Of a stretch of DNA of 64,000 bases, positions 57,468 to 64,000 are shown piece by piece (position 1 is the stretch's first letter; each line of letters begins with the position of its first letter). Under the pieces are notes generated by a model. It was not told the DNA's origin, ran no database searches, and was given only the letters and a program-made list of their open reading frames with translations. Location of the stretch: positions 793,078 to 857,077 of the forward strand of contig CAWINB010000004.1 of the NCBI GenBank assembly GCA_963837465.1. The letters run 5' to 3'. The stretch comes from Candidatus Doudnabacteria bacterium (GTDB taxonomy: Bacteria > Patescibacteriota > Doudnabacteria > UBA920). Made by a program: the position numbers and the translations under genes.

Positions 57468-60066
57468 ATGAAAAAAATATCCGTACGATTGCCAGCTTAC
57501 ATCAAGCCCGAGCGTTATAGATTAGCAATTAAACCCGATTTTGAAGGTTTTATTTTTAGCGGCGAAGAGAGTATAGATTTGGTTTTGGGAAAATCCGTAA
57601 GCAGTATAACTTTGCACTCCAAGGAGTTGGAAATTTTTGATGTTGAATTCCAAATTTCTAATTCCTCCGCCAAAAGCGGATCGGCCGTCGGCGGAAAATT
57701 TCCAACCCAAAAGCATCATATACAATGAAAAAGCCGAAACCGCGACATTTACTTTTAGCAAAAAATTACCCAAAGGCAGGGGAGTGTTAAGTCTTAAATT
57801 TAAGGGGCTTTTGACGGATAAGTTGAAGGGTTTTTATTTAAGCAAGTACAAACACCAAGGCAAAGAAAAACATATTGCCACTACCCAGTTTGAGCCAACA
57901 GATGCCAGGCGCGCTTTTCCGTGCTTTGATGAGCCCGCGCAAAAAGCCGTGTTTGAGGTTAGCTTAAAAACCCCAAAAAATTTAACCGCGATATCCAACA
58001 CCATAGAAACAGAAATTTTGGAGCACGAAGGCGGCTACAAGGTGGTAAATTTTGCTCCGAGCCCAAAAATGTCAACTTACCTGCTTGCTTTTATAGTTGG
58101 CGACTTTGAGTTTATTCAAGCGCGTTCCAAAGACAATGTTTTGGTCCGCGTTTTTGTCACGCCCGGAAAAAAATCCCAAGGACAATTCGCTCTGAACACG
58201 GCCATAAGGGCTCTGGAATTTTACAATAATTACTTTGACATACCTTATCCGCTGCCGGTTTTGGACCTTATAGCGCTGCCGGATTTTGCCTCGGCCGCCA
58301 TGGAAAACTGGGGTGCCATCACCTATCGCGAGACCGCCCTTTTGGTGGATGAAAAGCAGACATCAGCGGCCAACAAGCAGTGGGTGGCCATTGTCATTGC
58401 CCACGAAATTGCACACCAATGGTTTGGCAATCTGGTAACAATGGATTGGTGGACCGATTTGTGGCTTAACGAGGGCTTTGCCTCGTATATGGAATACCTG
58501 GCCACGGACAAACTTTTCCCCAAGTGGCAAATGTGGGAGCAGTACGTTTCGGGCAGGCAAGCCGTGGCGCTTCGGCTGGACGCGCTCGGCACCAGTCACC
58601 CCATAGAAATAACCGTGCGTCATCCCGATGAAATTTCCGAAATTTTTGACCAGGTCAGTTACGCCAAAGGCTCCGTGGTAATTCGTATGCTGGCCAATTA
58701 TTTGGGAGAAACTGTTTTCCGCGACGGCCTAAGGCACTATTTAAAAAAGCACAGCTACGGCAATACGGTTACCGAAGATTTATGGAAGTCCTTTGAAGCT
58801 GTTTCCAAAAAACCGGTAAGTAAAATGATGAAGTTGTGGACCAAAAAAACCGGATATCCCCTGATATCCGCCGTTCGCGAGGGCCAGCAAACCAAACTGT
58901 CCCAGCAAAGGTTTTTTTCCAGCAGCCTGTCCGGGAAAAAAAATCGGGACAACACGGTTTGGAAAGTTCCGCTGGAAATTTTAAACTACAAAGGCCAAAA
59001 AAATAAATTTTTGCTGGACAAAAAGTCAGGCCTCATCGGGACAAACGGCAAAGGCTGGCTAAAAATCAATCACGGGGAAACCGCGTTGGTCAGGGTTAAA
59101 TATTCCGCCGGCATGCTTAATGAAATCAAGTCGGCAATCGCTTCCCGAAAATTGGGCCCGATTGACCGCCTGGGCATTATCCGAGACGCTTTCGGGCTGG
59201 CCGAAGCCGGTCATATGGCTACTGTGGAAGCTTTGGAACTGGCCAAATTTTACGGCCGGGAAGAAGCATTGCCGGTCTGGGAAGAAATTTCTTCGGGCGT
59301 AGCTTTGGCCGGCGGTTTTTATAAGGACGAAAAATGGTATAAGCATTTCCGGAACTACGCCCTGGGACTTCACAGGCCGCTGGCGCTTAAGCTGGGCTGG
59401 GAAAAAAAGAAAAACGAAAGTCATGCAACCGGGCTTTTGCGCGGCCTGGCGCTTTTTCAGGCGGGAAATTACGGTGATACCGCCGTAATAAAAAAGGCGC
59501 AAGCTCTTTTTGCCGCTCACTTAAAAGGCAGGCAAATATCTCCGGATGTCCGCGGCGTGGTCTATAATCTGGTGGCCCAAAACGGGGGATTAAAACAATT
59601 CAGCCAAATGGTCGGGCTTTACAAAAAAGCAAGCCAGCACGAAGAACAGGATAGGATTGGCCGGGCACTGGGAAGTTTTCAGGATAAAACAGTCCTTAAA
59701 AAAGTTTTGGAATTTGCCTTAAGCAAAAATGTGCGGGCGCAGGACAGCCCGAGCGTATTTATAGGCGTGGGCAGGAATTTTTACGGCGCGGATTTGGCCT
59801 GGGAGTTTTTAAAAAATAACTGGGATGAAATTTTAAAGCGCTATAATGTTGGCGGCCATCTTTTGGAGTGGTTTATTGTTCCGTTCGGCCGTTTTTATAC
59901 CACAGCCCAAGCCAAAGATTTTAAAAATTTCTTTAAAAAACACCCAACTCCCAACGTGTCCCGCGCCATCAGCCAGGTTCTGGAAAAAATTTATTCCAAC
60001 GAGGCGTGGATAAAACGGGACGGGAAGAATGTCGGTAAATGGCTTGAGGAGACAATTAACAATTGA
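57468..60066 (+). CDS. pepN: M1-family aminopeptidase N, frameshift in the N-terminal region at the A4 run 57695-57698 (likely indel error)
   Basis: HEIAHQWFGN...NEGFASY zinc motifs; ORFs 57468..57728 and 57637..60066 are joined by removing one A in ggcggaaaatttcc. Confidence 0.85.
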
Positions 60067-60780
60067 CGATCAACAATTGACCTTCGGCCTTTTCCAGCGG
60101 CATAAAAGCTTAAGCTATGGGATTTCGGAAAAATCCGACGGCTCTATGAAGCTGCAGGGTTCGGATGTTATGGCTGCAAAAAATCGGAGTAAGTTTTTTA
60201 AGTCCCATGACATCCGTACCGGACAAAATATCACGCCGCTGCAAAGCCATTCCGCCACTATCGCCAAAATTACCTCTGATGATAATCATCAGCCAAGCGC
60301 CGATGGCTTAATTACGGACGTTCCGGACATAAGCCTAACCGTAACCGTTGCCGACTGCTTTCCGGTTTATTTTTACAATCCTAAAACTTCTGCCATTGGG
60401 CTGGCTCATTGCGGCTGGCGGGGGATTGTCGCCGGTCTTCCATCCAAGATGGCGGGGCGATGATCTCGGCGCTAAATTGTCCCGCCGATGATATCCTCGC
60501 AGGCATTGGCCCTGGCATAAGAGCTTGCCACTTTGAAATCAAGCCCGATGTTTTGGAAGAGTTTAACGATTACCCGCTCCATATTAATTTTGTCGGCCAG
60601 AAAATTTTTGTTGACTTGCCCGCAATCATCACATCCCAACTAACAGCCGCGGGAGTTCTCAAACAGAACATCGCCGATTCCGGCCACTGTACCTACTGCC
60701 AAAAAGACAAATACTTTTCCTTCCGCCGCGACCATCCAAAAAAAGTCCGAGCCATGGTTGCTTATATTGGTTTAATTTAA
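60029..60780 (+). CDS. pgeF: PgeF/YfiH (DUF152) purine nucleoside phosphorylase / peptidoglycan editing factor, frameshift at the G4 run 60454-60457
   Basis: VADCFPVYF...GLAHCGWRG and C.YC...YFSFRRD motifs; adding one G restores ...KMAGAMISALNC... Confidence 0.7.
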
Positions 60781-60821
60781 GCTGTTACTATAACGCACGG
60801 CCGTGCGTTATAGTAACAGCT
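60780..60821. repeat. 42-bp perfect palindrome agctgttactataacgcACGGCCGTgcgttatagtaacagct (P3 family)
   Basis: Direct reading, immediately after the pgeF stop. Confidence 0.8.
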
Positions 60822-61050
60822 GTGTCTGACCCGTAGATGCCCGTAGCTAGATAGTAGATATTGTCTGTTAGCATAAGCCCATAAATCGGTTAGCTACAAA
60901 ACCATTGCCAAACTCCGGTAGTCTGCTATAATACCCAAGATATTTGCCGCTGTTGCAGATATTATCTTATCTATTTATAAAATATCCAGGCCGTAAACAA
61001 GTTACTTTTGTCATTTCTGTCAATTTTGTCATTTTTGCTCATTTCCCTTT

Positions 61051-62520
61051 ATGCATCCTAAACTCAAGCTTTTTTCCTCGCTTTTTGCCATTTTACTTAT
61101 AGCTGCCGGTGCTTTGTGGATAGTTTTGCCCCGGGGCGGCCGCATTAATTTAAATAAGCTCAAAATCCCTTACAGCCAGTACTTTACGGTGCATTTGGGT
61201 TTGGATTTGCGGGGCGGCAGCCGGTTGGTTTACCAGGCGGATTTTTCGGGCATTCAGCCGTCGGACCAGGCCGATGCTTTAAACGCCATTCGCGATACCA
61301 TAGAGCGGCGGGTTAACAGCTTTGGTGTTTCCGAGCCCGTGGTACAGGTCAGCGGCAACAACCAAATCAGCATTGAACTGCCGGGAATCAAAAACATCAA
61401 CGACGCCATTAACCAAATTGGGCAGACGCCGACTTTAAATTTTGAAACCCAAAATCCCGCGGCCCAAACCGGCACAGTTTCAGCCAGCGGCACCGTAGCG
61501 CTGAATGCCGCGAGCCAGTGGGTTAGCACTGGGCTGTCCGGCAAACAGCTGGAAAGAGCTACGGTTGATTTTCAGCAGGGCCAGGGATTGAGCAATCAGG
61601 TTGTGGTGGATCTGCAGTTTGACAGCGACGGCACCAAACTTTTTTCCCAGTTAACTTCCGCCAATATCGGCAAACCTATCGGCATATTTTTGGATGGCCA
61701 GCTTATTTCCGCTCCGATTGTGCAGACTGCCATTACCAATGGCACGGCTGTAATCAGCGGCAATTTTACCGTGGATCAAGCCAAAGAATTGGTCAACAGC
61801 TTAAACAGCGGAGCTTTGCCCGTGCCCATTAAACTTATTTCCGAGGAAACAGTGGGCGCGACTTTGGGCAAAGCTTCGGTGGATCAATCCGTGGAAGCCG
61901 GGGTTATTGGTCTTGCCATGATAGTTTTGTTCATGATAATTTATTACCGTTTTCCCGGATTTTTGGCAACCCTGGCCCTGTTTATTTACGCTATTGTTTC
62001 TTTCGCCATTTTTAAAATCGGCATCTCGTTTACCGCGGTTATCCTGGTAGGTTTGTTTTTCTTTTTGGGTCTGACAGTAAACGCCTGGTTTGGGGCTCTG
62101 GCATTGTTGTCTTATTTAATCCTGCTGTTTGCCGGGGGGTTGGCGCCGGTGACGCTGACCTTGGCCGGCATTGCGGGGTTTATTTTGTCCATCGGCATGG
62201 CGGTCGACGCCAACATTTTAATTTTTGAAAGGTTTAAGGAAGAAATCCGCTCCGGCAAGGAAATTGACAGGGCCATTGAACATGGTTTCGCCCGGGCCTG
62301 GTTGAGCATCAGGGATTCCAACATGTCCAGTTTAATTACCACGGCCATCCTTTATATTTTTGGCACGCCGTCCATCCAGGGATTTGCCGTAACTTTGGGC
62401 ATAGGTATTTTAATTTCCATGTTCACGGCCATTACCGTTACCAGGACTTTTTTGAGAGTTTTTGTGGGCAATAATATTTTAACCCATCCGTGGCTGTTCG
62501 GGGTAAGCAGGAAGAATTGA
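61051..62520 (+). CDS. secD: Protein-export membrane protein SecD
   Basis: Periplasmic domain plus C-terminal 6-TM bundle. Confidence 0.9.
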   Translation: MHPKLKLFSSLFAILLIAAGALWIVLPRGGRINLNKLKIPYSQYFTVHLGLDLRGGSRLVYQADFSGIQPSDQADALNAIRDTIERRVNSFGVSEPVVQVSGNNQISIELPGIKNINDAINQIGQTPTLNFETQNPAAQTGTVSASGTVALNAASQWVSTGLSGKQLERATVDFQQGQGLSNQVVVDLQFDSDGTKLFSQLTSANIGKPIGIFLDGQLISAPIVQTAITNGTAVISGNFTVDQAKELVNSLNSGALPVPIKLISEETVGATLGKASVDQSVEAGVIGLAMIVLFMIIYYRFPGFLATLALFIYAIVSFAIFKIGISFTAVILVGLFFFLGLTVNAWFGALALLSYLILLFAGGLAPVTLTLAGIAGFILSIGMAVDANILIFERFKEEIRSGKEIDRAIEHGFARAWLSIRDSNMSSLITTAILYIFGTPSIQGFAVTLGIGILISMFTAITVTRTFLRVFVGNNILTHPWLFGVSRKN

Positions 62521-62606
62521 CAAAAATGTCAAAATTTAAAAAATTGACAAAATTCTCTGTTTATCCAAATTATGTCAATTTTATTTAATTTTGTTCAATA
62601 AGCTTT
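62514..62606 (+). promoter_or_regulatory. Promoter/leader cassette B between secD and secF (near-identical to cassette A)
   Basis: aattgacaaaaatgtcaaaatttaaaaaattgacaaaatt...aattatgtcaattttatttaattttgttcaataagctttATG. Confidence 0.55.
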
Positions 62607-63506
62607 ATGTTCAACACCCTAAAATATTACAAACTTTGGTTTGCGATTTCCGGAATTATGCTGCTTTTTGGCATTGTTTCCCTGTCGGTTTACCATTTAA
62701 AACTCGGCATAGATTTTACCGGCGGCGCCCAAGTGCAACTGCAGTTCAGCCAGCCGCCGAATTTGACCGAAATCCAGAATGGGATTAAAAGCCAGAACCT
62801 GGGCGACTTCCAGCTACAGACGGCGGAAAACTACAGTGTTATTATCCAGACCGAAAATCTTAATCCGGCCCAGCACGCAAGCTTACTGGCTGCTGTTAAG
62901 CAGCAAGCCGGTAATTTTACCGAAACCAGCTACAATACCATTGGCCCGGTTATCGGCTCGGAACTGGAAAAGAGCGCGTTTTGGCAATTATTGTTCGTGT
63001 CTCTTGGTATAATTGTATACATCGGCTACGCTTTCAGAAGAGTGGCTAAGCCCGTGACCTCCTGGCGTTTTGGCGGCGCGGCGTTAATCGCCCTTTTTCA
63101 CGATCTGCTGTTTGTTTTGGGGATTTTTTCCCTGCTTGGACATTTTAAGGGCGTGGAAGTAGACAGCTTATTTGTTACAGCCATGCTTACGGTTTTGGGC
63201 TTCTCGGTCCACGATACTATTGTGGTCTTTGACAGAATCCGCGAAAACCTCCGATTGTTTCCCGGCCAAAGCATTGAATTTGTGGTCAACCACAGCATTT
63301 CGCAGACTATAGTCAGATCTTTAAACACCAGCCTGACCGTACTGTTCGTACTGCTTAGCTTGCTGCTTTTTGGCGGCGACACCATTCGTTATTTCGTCCT
63401 GGCTTTGTTCCTTGGAGTTTTAGTTGGAACCTACTCCTCTATTTTTATTGCCAGTCCGGTTTTGGTTTTGTGGCAAAAATGGAAAACTGCCCCTCAAACC
63501 CGTTAA
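62607..63506 (+). CDS. secF: Protein-export membrane protein SecF
   Basis: SecF TM bundle; LFHDLLFVLG. Confidence 0.9.
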   Translation: MFNTLKYYKLWFAISGIMLLFGIVSLSVYHLKLGIDFTGGAQVQLQFSQPPNLTEIQNGIKSQNLGDFQLQTAENYSVIIQTENLNPAQHASLLAAVKQQAGNFTETSYNTIGPVIGSELEKSAFWQLLFVSLGIIVYIGYAFRRVAKPVTSWRFGGAALIALFHDLLFVLGIFSLLGHFKGVEVDSLFVTAMLTVLGFSVHDTIVVFDRIRENLRLFPGQSIEFVVNHSISQTIVRSLNTSLTVLFVLLSLLLFGGDTIRYFVLALFLGVLVGTYSSIFIASPVLVLWQKWKTAPQTR

Positions 63507-63682
63507 TTTTAGTAATATGTATTCTAATAAAATCCCTCTGATTTAAGAGGGGTTTTATTTTAGAGCCCAATTTGACATCTTAACTTGTTTATGATATACT
63601 GTTGAATATTAATTTACAGCCGGTACTTAATAATCAATAATATACTGGATTGTAAACCAACCGATTAGCAATTATCTTCAAC

Positions 63683-64000
63683 ATGGGAATTCTTGACACC
63701 ATAATTCATACCAAACAAAACGAATCTTTCAGCCAGTTTAAGCCTTCCGACATAGTCGCGGAAGTTTTGGAAAGCTTAAAACAGCGCGACAGGGAAATTT
63801 TGGTTAACCGCTACGGGCTGGAAGGCCGCGAAACCAAAACGCTGGCGGCCATTGGCCAGGAGCAAAAGCTGACCCGCGAACGCGTGCGGCAGATTGAAAA
63901 AGATTTGCTTAAGAGCCTGAAAAAGACCAGCCTGCAAAAGCCGAATTTTGCCTCGGCCAAGGATCTGCTTTTAAATATCATTACCGAGCACGGCCGTATT
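63683..64000 (+). CDS. Sigma-70 region-4-like HTH protein, 3' end cut by window edge (not in ORF track)
   Basis: Own translation: MGILDTII...REILVNRYGLEGRETKTLAAIGQEQKLTRERVRQIEKDLLKSL, a region-4 HTH. Confidence 0.55.
   Translation, partial: MGILDTIIHTKQNESFSQFKPSDIVAEVLESLKQRDREILVNRYGLEGRETKTLAAIGQEQKLTRERVRQIEKDLLKSLKKTSLQKPNFASAKDLLLNIITEHGRI

Noticed and set aside
1-64000. Alternative genetic code (e.g. UGA recoding as in some CPR lineages)
   Set aside because: Long housekeeping genes (rpoA, alaS, secD, secF, murC, murB) translate without internal stops in the standard code. The only in-frame stop of interest is TAA, not TGA.
1-64000. tRNA or rRNA genes
   Set aside because: Scanned intergenic regions for T-loop consensus (GGTTCGAATCC and variants) on both strands and for 16S/23S hallmark blocks; none were found. 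The only tRNA-like hit (ggttcgatatttttt at about 49676) lacks an acceptor and anticodon context.
1-64000. Prophage or integrative element (integrase, transposase)
   Set aside because: No integrase, recombinase, transposase or phage structural genes were recognised. The repeat families are short palindromes without associated enzymes.

Overview
This 64-kb window looks like it comes from a small-genome, Gram-positive-like or CPR/Patescibacteria-type bacterium; that assignment is an inference. Genes read cleanly in the standard genetic code. Shine-Dalgarno sequences are almost absent, and ATGA start/stop overlaps are common. 

Layout from left to right:
- Rhamnose nucleotide-sugar genes (rmlD fragment, rmlA-like).
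- A cell-surface island: a CAP-domain protein on the minus strand, a sortase, a 1286-aa repetitive surface protein with a sorting-signal-like tail, a secreted subtilisin, and a 621-aa secreted repeat protein.
- A Panacea/DUF4065 antitoxin-domain gene interrupted by an in-frame TAA, next to a MazF/PemK-fold ORF.
- A long glycan and cell-envelope block: GalE, GT2, a Wzx flippase, a Wzy/O-antigen-ligase-like protein, a WbaP-like priming transferase, several GT2 and GT4 enzymes, HIT, MurG, patatin, MurC and MurB.
- Housekeeping genes: ctpA, a short alaS, pgi-like, the infA-rpmJ-rpsM-rpsK-rpsD-rpoA-rplQ-rplM-rpsI block, hpf, a TrpR/YerC-like regulator, secA, GNAT, an alpha/beta hydrolase, NUDIX, rdgB, pepN, pgeF, secD and secF.
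- An RNase P RNA (rnpB) on the minus strand at about 37.7-38.1 kb.

The most unusual content is non-coding. There are at least five families of dispersed palindromic or hairpin repeat elements, and some sit in-frame inside glycosyltransferase genes. There is a near-identical ~95-bp promoter/leader cassette in front of rpsM and secF. There are numerous heptanucleotide tandem repeats, STRR-like, often abutting start codons or inside CDSs. A C10 homopolymer lies inside an ORF. A ~1.5-kb gene-poor, hairpin-dense region upstream of secA contains small ORFs with perfect SD sequences. 

Caveat: secA, pepN, pgeF and a SIMPL-domain gene carry single-nucleotide frameshifts at or near short homopolymers. 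Sequencing indel errors are plausible, and this tempers the pseudogene calls.
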